Below, piece by piece: positions 21,101 to 32,002 of a stretch of 64,000 bases of DNA (its first letter is position 1; each line of letters begins with the position of its first letter). Below the pieces are notes generated by a model that did not search any database, was not told where the DNA came from, and was given only the letters and a program-made list of their open reading frames with translations. This DNA comes from an uncultured cyanobacterium (lineage in GTDB: Bacteria > Cyanobacteriota > Cyanobacteriia > Cyanobacteriales > CAWCAG01). The stretch spans positions 480,001 to 544,000 of the forward strand of contig CAWCAG010000007.1 of NCBI GenBank assembly GCA_963793425.1, written 5' to 3'. Made by a program: the position numbers and the translations under genes.

Positions 21101-21876
21101 TTAGTTAGCTTGCTTTTTTTTGCCGCGACGGGTAGCAGCTAATGCACCAGCAACTAAACCTAAAGCACCGAGAGTAGCAGGCTCAGGAACATCTTTAGCT
21201 TCTGCAGATACTAAAGCGTAGTCATGTTGCTCGTGGGTGTCACCAGGCAATCCTGCTGCTGTGAACTTAACACTGGTAACCACATTATGACCAAAGGGGT
21301 TGAAGTGGTAGTAGCCAGCACCACTCATAGTTGAAGGGCTTATAGCTATTATGTCTGTTTCAAAGTCCTGAGTATCATCGATGGCATCAAACTTGTATTT
21401 TGCTGTGGTGTTACCAGTAACTGTTAAAGTCCCGATTCCTAAAGCAGTTTCTAGCTGAGCAATTTCAAAAACGTCATCAGCGAAGACACCGGGCTGATAC
21501 AAGAAAGCTAACTCAATAGACTTAAAGATATTGTTGCTATCCTTAGCTTCAAGGAGAATAAATTCCCCGGCATCAACTTCACCAGGAACCCCTTCGTTAT
21601 CACCACCTTCTTTACCGTCATGGTTTACACCAATCCCGGTGACACCATTAACGGTTTTGTTTTTAGAACAGGGTTGGTACTGTCATCTCCGTCAAGCCCA
21701 GCAGTAATGGTGAAACCGTCGTTTGTCATGCAGCTATTGGTGGGGAGATTAGCGATCGCGCAGCCTCCTAAATCACTTGGTGTTTGGAAACTGAAAGCTT
21801 GGGCAGAAGCAGCGGAGAAAGCGAGGGCGGTTCCGGTGAGGAAGCCAGCAGCGAGAAGGTTGGATTTGATATTCAT
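21101..21876 (-). CDS. PEP-CTERM sorting-domain exported protein; one A missing at about 21655-21664
   Basis: Signal peptide ending SAQA-F; C-terminus VPEPATLGALGLVAGALAATRRGKKK; adding one A in AAAAACAAAACC fuses the two ORFs (KTVNGVTGIGV...LYQPGVF). Confidence 0.85.
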
Positions 21877-22600
21877 GAAAATCACCTTGGTTGAGGAGCA
21901 GTTGTTAGCAAATGTTATAAATTAGTAGACTTATATAAAGCCTGTCAAGTATCTCTAGACTAGTCACTTTAATAGTTGGTTGAGTTTAGAGTTTATAAGA
22001 CCAGGGAACATAGAGGTTATTTTTAAAACCTTGGTTGTAAGGTTGCTTTGTGGGCGGGATGTGGTTTGCATCTCTTGCCTTACACTTATACATTCTATGT
22101 GGCTTAAGAACAGCTTGCATCAGTATTTATATAGATTTTTTTGATGAAAGAATAGTCTTTAGCTGCTTAACTGCTCTTCTCGTCAAACATAGACGAATTT
22201 TTGTAGCCGTTGAAACTAATTTAGATTTTATCGAAGCTTTATATTAGCAAACCTTTTTGTGAAGTATGAATGAAGCAAGCTGAATACTTGCTCCGTATAT
22301 ATACTTGCAGTGCCTTTTTGATATTAGGATGAACTGGACAAATAACTAGCTTGTGCGAATATACATTTAGAAGTTTCAGAGATTTTCTTTAAAGAGAATC
22401 GCTTTTTGCGTTCAAACACTTACTTCAAAGCCCAACAACCCACTTTATTATCTTGCAAACTTCCCCTTAATTGCTTTTTTAAGTTCTACTTCTTTTTTTA
22501 AGAGTCTATGTAGAGAATTTTATCTAACTCTTAAGGAGGATGAAACGCAACCTTCAGAAGTATACCCATCAGGTTTAATTGATAGCTGTGATCTTAATCA

Positions 22601-24250
22601 CTAATCTTTGTTTAATTGTGGCGCAGCCTGTAAAAGCTTCTTGGTATAGGAATTTTGGGGATTGGTGAAAAGCTGATGGGTACTACCCATCTCGACAATT
22701 TGGCCTTTATTCATGACGGCAATGCGATCACATAAAAATCTGGCTACCCAAAGATCGTGGGTGATAAATAGGTAGGTGAGGTTAAATTCTGTTTGTAATG
22801 ATTGCATTAATTCCAATACTTGAGTTTGGACACTAGCATCCAGCATACTAACGGGTTCGTCACAAATTAGTAATTTGGGCCGGGTGATTAAAGCCCTGGC
22901 GATCGCAACTCTTTGTTGTTGTCCTCCTGATAAATCGGCGGGATAACGATGATAGTAATCCTGTACCGGAGTTAAGCCAACTCGTGTCAGCATTTTTTCT
23001 ACTTGAACTTTTGCTTCAGTGAGAGTTGCTAATTTATGGATAAGGAGGGGATCAGCAATAGATTCTCCCACCTTCATGAGGGGATTGAGACAGGCGTGGG
23101 GATCTTGAAACACCATTTGTATTTCTCGTCGCCTTTGTCTCACGGCTGCTTCTGAGAGTTGGGTTAAATCTACTCCTTGGAAGTTGATACTACCGGAAGT
23201 AGGGCGCATCAGTTGTAGGATCGTTCGTGAGAGGGTACTTTTACCACAACCTGATTCTCCTACTAAACCAAAAATCTCCCCTGGATAAAGTTGGAAGCTA
23301 ACTCCATCAACAGCTTTAATTAAAGGAGTTTCTTTGGTGAAGAATTGCTGAAAGAGGTTACTTTCTAGGGTGAAGTACTGTTTCAGGTCTTTGACTTCCA
23401 AGAGATATGGTTGAGAGTTATCTTTTTTGGGTACATCCTGAGTTTCTACTCCCTGGATTTTTAAAGCTGATTGGAGTAAGGATTGGCTATATTCATGTTG
23501 AGGAGCTTTCAAAATGGATTTAGCTACTCCAGTTTCTACCATCTTGCCTTGATACATTACGGCGAGGCGATCGCAATACTCCCCCACCATAGCTAAGTCA
23601 TGGGAAATTAAGAGTAAAGCAAGATCCCTTTGGTCGCACAGGCGAGTTAGTTCCTCTAATATTTCAGCGGAGATGGTGACATCTAAACTGGTGGTGGGTT
23701 CGTCTGCCACAATTAGTTTCGGTTCTAATAGTAAAGCTAAAGCTATGGCTACTCTTTGACGCATTCCCCCACTAAATTCATGGGGATATTGTGACCAACG
23801 ATCTCTTGGAATCTTAACCGCTTCTAAAGTTGCTAAGGCTCTTTCTTTCGCTTCATGGCGAGATAAATTTGGTTGGTGGGCTTTTAAGGTTTCTAAACAA
23901 TGCCTGCCAATGGACATGAGGGGATCGAGGCGAGTCATGGGGTCTTGAAAGACTAGGGAAACTGCTTCGCCACGAAAGCTACGTAATTGAGTTTTATTAA
24001 AATCTAAAACCGACTGACCAGCAAAACTTACTTTTCCTTGAATCTGGCTTGCTGGGGGGAGTAAGCGCATTGCTGCCCTGCCCAAGGTGGATTTTCCGCA
24101 ACCAGATTCTCCTACTAACCCTAACTTTTCCCCTGGATTAAGGGTAAAGGAAACATCATCAACAGCCCAATCTGTTTTTTCTGGCGATTGACTATGGGGG
24201 TAAGCAACTCGTAAGTTTTCTACCTTTAATAGAGGAGGGGTTTCTGTCAT
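22601..24250 (-). CDS. Dipeptide/oligopeptide-type ABC transporter ATP-binding protein with two ATPase domains
   Basis: Two GESGCGKST Walker A motifs; FSGGMRQR and LSGGQQQR signatures. Confidence 0.92.
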   Translation of the reverse strand: MTETPPLLKVENLRVAYPHSQSPEKTDWAVDDVSFTLNPGEKLGLVGESGCGKSTLGRAAMRLLPPASQIQGKVSFAGQSVLDFNKTQLRSFRGEAVSLVFQDPMTRLDPLMSIGRHCLETLKAHQPNLSRHEAKERALATLEAVKIPRDRWSQYPHEFSGGMRQRVAIALALLLEPKLIVADEPTTSLDVTISAEILEELTRLCDQRDLALLLISHDLAMVGEYCDRLAVMYQGKMVETGVAKSILKAPQHEYSQSLLQSALKIQGVETQDVPKKDNSQPYLLEVKDLKQYFTLESNLFQQFFTKETPLIKAVDGVSFQLYPGEIFGLVGESGCGKSTLSRTILQLMRPTSGSINFQGVDLTQLSEAAVRQRRREIQMVFQDPHACLNPLMKVGESIADPLLIHKLATLTEAKVQVEKMLTRVGLTPVQDYYHRYPADLSGGQQQRVAIARALITRPKLLICDEPVSMLDASVQTQVLELMQSLQTEFNLTYLFITHDLWVARFLCDRIAVMNKGQIVEMGSTHQLFTNPQNSYTKKLLQAAPQLNKD

Positions 24251-24310
24251 TCGTAGCCAAAATTAGGATACTAGACTGTACCTCATTTTCACCGAAGACT
24301 GCTATTTTCC

Positions 24311-24745
24311 CTAACCAGAATGCCGGATCATCTCTACCTCTGCATAGGTTTCAATCCACAAAGTTGCCCCACCATCATGGGGCTTATCGAGATTGTAAAT
24401 TATGCGGCAAGGCCCCTTTATATCTGCTTCATGGGCGTAAAGATTTTTGTGATTACCTTGATTGAGGCTGATTACTGGCTCAAATTCATTATCCTGTTTA
24501 TTTTTTGTAATTACCTGCCTACTAACATAAATAGCTTTTACAGCAGAAGAGTAAGGTTTACCCCAACGAGGAGCGGGGCCTCTTTTGCCACGAGAAACTT
24601 TGGGTTTACCACGATATAAAGGAATCGTCCAAGCTTTGCCGCTTTTATAAGCTCCTTTGATGCGTTGTTGTTGGAGTAAGTAGAGTACACGCCGGGGAGT
24701 AACCCTTAACATTTGGGCTGCTTTTCTGGTATCGATGAGTTGCAT
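24311..24745 (-). CDS. Excisionase/MerR-like HTH DNA-binding protein with an uncharacterised C-terminal domain
   Basis: IDTRKAAQMLRVTPRRVLYLLQQQRIKGAYKSGKAWTIP winged-HTH pattern. Confidence 0.7.
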   Translation of the reverse strand: MQLIDTRKAAQMLRVTPRRVLYLLQQQRIKGAYKSGKAWTIPLYRGKPKVSRGKRGPAPRWGKPYSSAVKAIYVSRQVITKNKQDNEFEPVISLNQGNHKNLYAHEADIKGPCRIIYNLDKPHDGGATLWIETYAEVEMIRHSG

Positions 24746-24883
24746 AATTGAGATTATGGCAAAAAGAACTGTTCTTTAAATAAAAAAGGTAACATACAGC
24801 AAAACAAGAATCTAGACTGTACCTAACTAGATTCTTGTTTTTGCTAATAGCTAGTGGGAAAATATGGAAACAGACTAAATTAG

Positions 24884-25313
24884 GACCAGCCCTTTCAAGG
24901 TGTCTGTTTTCAGGTCTGATTTTGAGATAAGATTTTAGCTGATAAATAGCCTTCATCATCACTGACTTTAACAATTTGTTCTAAGACTTTGCCCCCTTCA
25001 ACTGAACCAATACGGCTAAATTCAGAAGCGTCATACCAAGGCAGGCCTTTATGTTCTCGGATAATAAAATAGCCAGCCCTAGCAACAATGCCACTCAAAA
25101 AATTCAAAGTACAGAAATTTCGGTCAGCTATCCAGACATCAGGAGATAAAATTGTTTCGAGCAGCCCACGAACCATTACCGAAACAGGACTTTCTTCTAT
25201 AAAACCTTCAAATACTTGTCCTAGAATTATTCTGGCTATTCCTCGTCTGTCAACTGTGTTTTTTCAGCTAACTATAATTTGGGATGATTTACAACACCTT
25301 GAAAGGGCTGGTC
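24884..25313 (-). mobile_element. Miniature, internally deleted IS4-family element (430 bp)
   Basis: Perfect 20-bp inverted repeats GACCAGCCCTTTCAAGGTGT / ACACCTTGAAAGGGCTGGTC; transposase fragments ILGQVFEGFIEESPVSVMVRGLLE, WIADRNFCT and SAKILS. Confidence 0.88.
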
Positions 25314-25368
25314 TTAAAATTAATCATTTCCCAAGTTCTAGTTACTTGAAGCCAAGTATATTCAAGTT

Positions 25369-25974
25369 TCAAACTGGCATCACATCATCCAATCGTAACT
25401 GTAACTGGGGAAACAGCTTAGAAGCGATTAAAGTCCCCAAGGGATATTGTTGCTGCTGATATACGCCCTCCACTAACTGGCAAACTGTTAAGGTTGGTTG
25501 TTTCGGATTGCCAATAAATTGCCACCCACCCAAACCTCGAAAATCGACAATCCAATATTCGGGAATCTTCAAAAAAGCGTATTCTTCTACTTTTCGAGCA
25601 TAATCATCTTGCCAATTGCTACTAACCACCTCCGCTACCAGCTTGATGGTATTCCCGTTACAAATCACAGGTTCTTTTTGCCAAAGTGGTTCTTGGTTGA
25701 GCTTTTCTCGATCTAAAACCACCACATCAGGACGTAGTGCTGTAGCTTCAGCAGACAGTGGTTTAATTAAACAATTCTTGGGAACCAACCAATCAAGTTT
25801 CCCTTGAAAAATTTCCACATAAATTCTACCAGCAACACTTCCTGCAACTGCTTCATGAGGTCCAGTTGGTTCCATTTCTCTGAGTTCTCCGTCAATGAGT
25901 TCATAGCTTGTGTTGTCCCCGTATTGGGCAATAAACTCTTCAAAGCTCAGTAGTTTGGATGGAGTATAAGTCAT
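25369..25974 (-). CDS. Uma2 family endonuclease-like protein
   Basis: YELIDGEL, RPDVVV, LVAEVVS and IPEYWIVD motifs. Confidence 0.9.
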   Translation of the reverse strand: MTYTPSKLLSFEEFIAQYGDNTSYELIDGELREMEPTGPHEAVAGSVAGRIYVEIFQGKLDWLVPKNCLIKPLSAEATALRPDVVVLDREKLNQEPLWQKEPVICNGNTIKLVAEVVSSNWQDDYARKVEEYAFLKIPEYWIVDFRGLGGWQFIGNPKQPTLTVCQLVEGVYQQQQYPLGTLIASKLFPQLQLRLDDVMPV

Positions 25975-26709
25975 GTTATTCCTCTTGGGGCAATGCCTCA
26001 AGATTATCTTAGTCGGTTAGGTAAGGGGATAGGTAAGGAAACTAATAAGCAAAATATGTTTTTATGAGATTCAAATATTTAATTATCTAAACACAAGCAA
26101 CTTTTCAGGGACTTTATGAAGTTGTATTAAGAACGGTTTGATAAGCTATTCAAGGTGGTTGCTTTTGTAATAGGATTAATCAAGATTTATTAAAGATGAT
26201 ATTGTTGTGGTTCTTTTGTCTTGAAATATACCTAACAGAGTAAAACCTCGGTATATGGAGTTTTGCCCTAAGTTGAATAGTGGTAAGGAAAGGATTTAGT
26301 AATAATACAAACATAGTTCAAAAACTTATTTTTTTATACCAAGGCTTAAGTGCCTATTGACAAAGCGGTATTTTTGTGAAGAAGCCAATAATATTTAAGC
26401 TGATGGGGTGCATTTCATATTTGTAAAAACGCCCTTATTTAAAAGGCAAAATTATTTACTATTTTAAGCTACTGACGCAAGTCCTGATTTATGCGGTACA
26501 AAATGTCTTCAATTTTCTCTTGCACTTGAGTAATTTTTTGTTGTTTTTGGAGTACAGAGGCTTTCTCTGCTTCGTAATTTTCTAAGGATTAAGGATTTTT
26601 GATGAGCATTCTTTTTTTTAAGTCTTGGAGCAATTTCCAAAGGAGAGATCAACCAGGATATGAGTTAAGTTAACTTAAAAAAGTTTCTGGCCACAAACAA
26701 TAAAAAAAA

Positions 26710-27594
26710 TTGAACTTACTCCCCGCGATCGCATCTGTTAGCTTAATTATTTTCATTGGTTTCATTGCAGGGCGTACCTTAAGCCTGGAACGTCAAACCC
26801 TCTCTCAGTTAACCATTTATCTTTTAGTTCCTGCCTTAATTGCAGCAAGTTTATATAGCACCAAGCTATCAGCCCAAAGTGCCACCGGGTTAATAGTAGG
26901 TTACTTAATCATCATCTCGCTACTTTACCTCATCACCTTTGCAACTGCTAAATTACTCAAACTTCCACCCCAAATTCAAAAAAGCCTCATCGCCACCACC
27001 CTTTTTTCCAACAACGGCAACATGGGCTTACCTATAATCACCTTTGCCTTCGGAGAAGCAGGATTAGAAAGAGCCATCGTTTACCTCATTGCTGCTTCGA
27101 TTACCATGGCTTCAATTGCCCCAGCCTTATTAAAAGGAGAAGGGCTATTAATAGGAATCAAATTAACTCTCAAACTCCCTTTATTGTGGGCAATGTTGGG
27201 GGGATTATGTTTACGTATATTCAAAATCGAACTTCCCTTCAGCTTATATGAAAGCTTAGAAATGCTAGGCAACGCTTCCATTCCTATCGCCTTAATCATT
27301 TTAGGACTTCAATTAGCCCAAACTCCCTTCCGTTTAGGAAGATACGAACTATTCGCTTCAGCTCTGCGCTTGCTCCTTGCTCCTGGAATCGCCTATGGTG
27401 TTGGTAGCATCTTAGGCTTAACAGGATTAGACTTACAGGTTTTAGTGATGCAAGGGGCGATGCCCACAGCAGTTAATACCCTGGTTTGGGTAACTGAATT
27501 TGGGGGAGATCCTCCTCGTGTGGCCAGAACAATTATTGTTTCAACAATGATGAGTTTCCTCACCCTGCCTTTAGTTTTGTGGGTGATTAGTTAA
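26710..27594 (+). CDS. AEC (auxin efflux carrier) family transporter
   Basis: Multiple TM helices; FSNNGNMGLP and AMPTAVN motifs. Confidence 0.88.
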   Translation: MNLLPAIASVSLIIFIGFIAGRTLSLERQTLSQLTIYLLVPALIAASLYSTKLSAQSATGLIVGYLIIISLLYLITFATAKLLKLPPQIQKSLIATTLFSNNGNMGLPIITFAFGEAGLERAIVYLIAASITMASIAPALLKGEGLLIGIKLTLKLPLLWAMLGGLCLRIFKIELPFSLYESLEMLGNASIPIALIILGLQLAQTPFRLGRYELFASALRLLLAPGIAYGVGSILGLTGLDLQVLVMQGAMPTAVNTLVWVTEFGGDPPRVARTIIVSTMMSFLTLPLVLWVIS

Positions 27595-27842
27595 GCTGAT
27601 GTGCATAAAAAGCTACAACTTATTGCTCGAACTAAGGATTAAACTAGGGGAATCTCTTTACTGGCAATAACTATTGCTCAGTAATATACTCATAGTTATA
27701 AATTTGCCTTTAAACCAATGAGTAAAAGTAATTTGTCCTCAATCTAGTTGCGCGTAGCTAAATTAAGCAATTGAACTTACCTGAATAAATCGCTCAATTA
27801 GTACATCTGTTAAAAGTCTCTTACCTCGGTGTATCGAAAGTT

Positions 27843-29489
27843 ATGAAAGTATCTCCTTCCCCAAGCTTAACCTTTGAAACTCATGATTTCTACAATCCAT
27901 CTCCAGAGAAAGTTGAACTTATTGAAAAGCTTTTAGCAATTAGCACAGCCCTTTCTAGCACCCATGAATTAGGAGAATTATTAAACCTGATTCTCTTTAA
28001 AATGCGAGAGATTACTTGGAGCGATGCAGGAAGTGTTTATTTAATTAATAAAAGCGATGCCATACCAAAATTGGTTTTTAAAGTAGCACAGAATGATTCT
28101 TTGGCTCAGGCTTCTTTCCGAGAATTTGCCATGCCCTTAACCATGCAAAGTTTAGCAGGTTATGTTGCCCTAACCGGAGAAAGCTTAAACATACCCGATG
28201 CCCATGACTTACCACCCCATGTACCTTATCAATTAGATAGTAGTTTTGATCGAGATTTTTCCTACTATACCCGTTCTGTATTAGTATTACCCATGCAAGA
28301 TCAAGACGGGGAAGTAATTGGTGTTGTACAACTGCTAAATCGTAAAGCTAAACATAATGCGATCATAACTCCAGAAAATGCAGCAACAGTTACTAAGCCT
28401 TATTCTGACAGGGAAGAACGAATTTTAAGTTCCCTTGCTTGCCAAGCTGCAATCTCCATTGAACGTAGCCTCTTGCAAGAAAGTATTGAAAATCTTTTTG
28501 AAGGCTTTGTAAAAGCTTCTATACAAGCGGTTGAAGCAAGAGATACAAGTACATTTGGGCATTCAGAAAGGGTAGCCGAATTATCTTTGCGTTTAAGCCA
28601 AGAAGTCAACAAAGTTGCTACAGGTTCCCTCGCAGAAATAACCTTTAGCGATCGCAAGCTACAAGAAATCCGCTATGCTGCCATTCTCCACGACTTTGGT
28701 AAAATAGCCGTACCAGAAGCCATCTTAAACAAAGCCCACAAACTTTATCCCCAGCAACTAGAATTAATTGGTCAGCGTTTCTCTCTAGCTAAACGTACTT
28801 TGGAGATGGAATATGCAGAAAAGAAAGTAGAATATCTTCTTGATAATTGTCCCCTCGTAGCAGAAGAATTTACGACTCAACTAACAGCTTGGCAACAACA
28901 ACTACAGCAAGAAATCGCTCAACTAGATCATTACTGGCAATTAATCAAAAATATCAACGAACCAGACAAACTTAAACAAAGAAAGTTCTCTGCCCTGTCC
29001 CCAGAAAATCTCCAGCAACTTACTAATATTTCTAACTATCAATATAAAGACATTGATGGTCATCTTAAACCTCTACTTACTGATTTAGAAGTAGAACAAT
29101 TAGTAGTGGCGAGGGGTAATTTAACCAGCAAAGAACGTTCCGCCATTGAAGCCCATGTTACCAATTCCTATGAATTTCTCAGGCGCATTCCTTGGACAAA
29201 GTACTTTCAAGATATTCCTGACATTGCCCATAGACACCACGAAAGACTAGACGGTACAGGCTATCCTCAAGGGTTAACGGAAAAAGATATTCCCCTTGAA
29301 ACTCAGATACTCTCCATCGCCGATGTTTTTGATGCCCTAACAGGAGATCGCCCTTATAAATCAGCTTTTCCGGTAGATGTTGCCCTGAAGATTTTACGCC
29401 AAGAAGCAGCTAGTTATCATCTTAATCCTCAGTTAGTTAAATTATTTGAAGAACGAAAAGTTTATCAAGTAGTAGGATTATCACTTTAA
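27843..29489 (+). CDS. GAF and HD-GYP domain cyclic-dinucleotide phosphodiesterase
   Basis: N-terminal GAF; GHSERV, LHDFGK, HHERLDGTGYP, ADVFDAL and RPYK motifs. Confidence 0.9.
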   Translation: MKVSPSPSLTFETHDFYNPSPEKVELIEKLLAISTALSSTHELGELLNLILFKMREITWSDAGSVYLINKSDAIPKLVFKVAQNDSLAQASFREFAMPLTMQSLAGYVALTGESLNIPDAHDLPPHVPYQLDSSFDRDFSYYTRSVLVLPMQDQDGEVIGVVQLLNRKAKHNAIITPENAATVTKPYSDREERILSSLACQAAISIERSLLQESIENLFEGFVKASIQAVEARDTSTFGHSERVAELSLRLSQEVNKVATGSLAEITFSDRKLQEIRYAAILHDFGKIAVPEAILNKAHKLYPQQLELIGQRFSLAKRTLEMEYAEKKVEYLLDNCPLVAEEFTTQLTAWQQQLQQEIAQLDHYWQLIKNINEPDKLKQRKFSALSPENLQQLTNISNYQYKDIDGHLKPLLTDLEVEQLVVARGNLTSKERSAIEAHVTNSYEFLRRIPWTKYFQDIPDIAHRHHERLDGTGYPQGLTEKDIPLETQILSIADVFDALTGDRPYKSAFPVDVALKILRQEAASYHLNPQLVKLFEERKVYQVVGLSL

Positions 29490-29491
29490 AA

Positions 29492-30154
29492 ATGCTCTTT
29501 AAACCTAACCAACGCAACAAAATTGACAGCACAGATGATGGGGATTTTTACTCTGTACCTCGTTTCGTCACTCATGTAGATGATAACTTTATTGACCAAC
29601 TTACCAATCTTTACCAAGAAAGACTCCAACCCCATACCCGCATTCTCGATTTAATGAGTAGTTGGGTTTCTCATCTCCCTGAAGAGATGACATTTAGCCA
29701 TGTAGAAGGTCATGGTATGAACGAAGAAGAGTTAGCCAAAAACCCTCGCTTAGATCATTATTTTCTCCAAAACCTTAACAAAGAACCAAAATTACCTCTA
29801 CCAGATCAAGAATTTGATGCTGTCCTCAACACAGTTTCTATTCAATATCTACAATATCCTGAAGCTATTTTCTCAGAAATTTATCGCATCCTCAAACCAG
29901 GGGGAATTGCCATAATTAGCTTCTCCAATCGGATGTTTTACCAAAAAGCGATCACAGCTTGGCGAGATGGCACAGAAGCAAGTCGGGTTAAGTTAGTTAA
30001 GAGTTATTTTAACTCTGTTCCCGGCTTCAGCCGATCAGAAACAATTATTCGCCAAGGTAATGCTAACAATCTGCCCTCTTTTCTACAAATGTTAGGTATG
30101 GGAACTAGTGACCCTTTCTATGCTGTAGTTGCTGAACGATTAATAACTCAATAA
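29492..30154 (+). CDS. Class I SAM-dependent methyltransferase (type 11)
   Basis: FYSVPRFVTHVD, ILDLMSSWVSHLP and SFSNRMF motifs. Confidence 0.85.
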   Translation: MLFKPNQRNKIDSTDDGDFYSVPRFVTHVDDNFIDQLTNLYQERLQPHTRILDLMSSWVSHLPEEMTFSHVEGHGMNEEELAKNPRLDHYFLQNLNKEPKLPLPDQEFDAVLNTVSIQYLQYPEAIFSEIYRILKPGGIAIISFSNRMFYQKAITAWRDGTEASRVKLVKSYFNSVPGFSRSETIIRQGNANNLPSFLQMLGMGTSDPFYAVVAERLITQ

Positions 30155-30163
30155 ATTGCTGTA

Positions 30164-30835
30164 ATGTTGATACAGAGAAAAACTTTACCACTAGAAAACG
30201 GTGATAGCCTTACCCGCAAAGCTTTTGAGCATCGTTACCGGGCTATGCCCCATGTAAGAAAAGCAGAACTTATTGAAGGAATTGTCTATATGGGTTCTCC
30301 TGTTAGAATCACTCATGGTACACCCCATGCAGTTATTATGGCTTGGTTAGGAATCTATTGGATGGCTACACCAGGAGTTCAAGTAGCTGATAACACAACT
30401 GTACGCCTAGATTTAGACAATGAACCACAACCAGATGGGTTATTGAGGGTTGAAGAAGGTGGACAATCAACGATTAGTGAAGATGGGTACATTGAAGGTG
30501 CGCCAGAGCTAATTGTGGAAATTGCTGCTAGTAGCGCTTCCTATGATTTAAGGGAGAAATTACAGGTTTATCGCCGTAACGGAGTACAAGAATATTTAAT
30601 CTGGCAAGTGTATGAAAATCGTTTCGACTGGTTTCAATGGCACTTAGGGGAGTATATAAGATTAGAACCTGACGGGGAGGGGATTATCAAGAGTCAGATG
30701 TTTCCAGGATTATGGCTGCCAGTAGAGGCGCTTTTGACAGGTAATCTAGCAGAATTAAGGCGCATTTTAACTTTGGGCTTAGCCACAGAAGAACACACCA
30801 TTTTCAGGCAAAGGCTAGTAGTGAGTCCAAATTAA
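30164..30835 (+). CDS. Uma2 family endonuclease-like protein
   Basis: PLENGD, AELIEGIVYM, EPQPD and PELIVEIAASS motifs. Confidence 0.9.
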   Translation: MLIQRKTLPLENGDSLTRKAFEHRYRAMPHVRKAELIEGIVYMGSPVRITHGTPHAVIMAWLGIYWMATPGVQVADNTTVRLDLDNEPQPDGLLRVEEGGQSTISEDGYIEGAPELIVEIAASSASYDLREKLQVYRRNGVQEYLIWQVYENRFDWFQWHLGEYIRLEPDGEGIIKSQMFPGLWLPVEALLTGNLAELRRILTLGLATEEHTIFRQRLVVSPN

Positions 30836-30868
30836 ATTTAGGGGTTAGTGTTTCAACTATCTTACTCA

Positions 30869-32002
30869 CTACGCAGCAGAAGAGAGAGATTGAGAATAAA
30901 CCACAGATTGGTAATAACTTTGTAGTTGTTTGGTTGCGGCAACCCAGCCCCAGCATTCTGCTTCTTGGCGGGCATTGGAACGCAAAGTTTCCCTTTCTTC
31001 TTTGGCTGCTAGCAGGCGCTTAGTGGCTTCAATTGCCCCTTGAGGGTCTGTTGGTTCAAAAAGGTAGCCATTCACCCCATCAGTAACGATATCGGGAATA
31101 CCACCGGAACGAGCAGCGACAACAGGGCAACCGGCGGCCATGGCTTCTAATAAAACCAAACCCAAAGTTTCTGTACGGGAAGGGAAGACAAAAGCATCAG
31201 CAGAAGCAAAAGCAGAAGCTAATTCTAATCCTTGTAGGTAGCCGACAAAATGGGTTTTTGTTCCCGCAAAATGGGTTGCTAAGGCTTCGCGATTTGGACC
31301 ATCTCCAACTATAGCTAAACGGGCGTTCGGAATAGATTCCAATACTGGCTTAATACGGTCAATTTCCTTTTCTGCTGACACCCTACCAACATACAATAAT
31401 AAAGGGTCTTCCGGATGACCTTGGCAAAGGCGTGATCGCATCTTAGCTGAGGCGAGATGGGGTTGAAACATTTCTGTATCAACTCCCTTTTGCCATAGGT
31501 CTACATTTTCAATATCATGGTCAACCAACTCCTGTACCATAGCCGTGGAAGTACATAAATTTAACTGGGCTTGGTTATGAATACCTTTGAGAAGTTCCCA
31601 CAAAAAACCTTCTAATGCCCCTAAGCCATAATGTTGTAGATATTGGGGCAGGTGAGTATGATAGGAAGCCACCAAAGGGAGATTGAGGGACTTAGCGTAG
31701 TAAATGCCCGAAATACCTAGAAAAGCAGGATTAACTACATGAATAATATCTGGTTCAAATTCTTGCAAAACTCCCCTAATTGTCGGCCTAGGAAAAGCCA
31801 ACTTCAACTCTGGATAAAGAGGAAGAGGCATAGCCGAAAGACCACAAATTTGTGCGCCTTTATATTCTGTCAAACCACCTTCAGGACAGACAACTAACAC
31901 TTGGTCGCCATTACGTTGCAAATGTTCTACAGTATGGCGCAAGCGAGTGACAATGCCATCAACTTTTGGTAAAAATGTTTCTGTAAATAGAGCAATACGC
32001 AT
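30869..32002 (-). CDS. sqdX: Sulfoquinovosyldiacylglycerol synthase (GT4)
   Basis: MRIALFTETFLPKVDGIVTRL start; directly downstream of sqdB. Confidence 0.92.
   Translation of the reverse strand: MRIALFTETFLPKVDGIVTRLRHTVEHLQRNGDQVLVVCPEGGLTEYKGAQICGLSAMPLPLYPELKLAFPRPTIRGVLQEFEPDIIHVVNPAFLGISGIYYAKSLNLPLVASYHTHLPQYLQHYGLGALEGFLWELLKGIHNQAQLNLCTSTAMVQELVDHDIENVDLWQKGVDTEMFQPHLASAKMRSRLCQGHPEDPLLLYVGRVSAEKEIDRIKPVLESIPNARLAIVGDGPNREALATHFAGTKTHFVGYLQGLELASAFASADAFVFPSRTETLGLVLLEAMAAGCPVVAARSGGIPDIVTDGVNGYLFEPTDPQGAIEATKRLLAAKEERETLRSNARQEAECWGWVAATKQLQSYYQSVVYSQSLSSAA

Noticed and set aside
22050..22247. 65-aa ORF in the long region upstream of the PEP-CTERM gene
   Set aside because: GTG start, no motif and atypical composition; more likely promoter DNA.
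24645..25459. ORFs 24645..24974 and 25088..25459, both containing HLERAG
   Set aside because: The shared peptide is simply the IS4 inverted repeat translated from each end.
4310..30835. Three Uma2 genes and two methyltransferases as a restriction-modification or defence system
   Set aside because: Uma2 paralogs are abundant and scattered in cyanobacteria, and the methyltransferases lack DNA-MTase motifs (DPPY/NPPY/PC).
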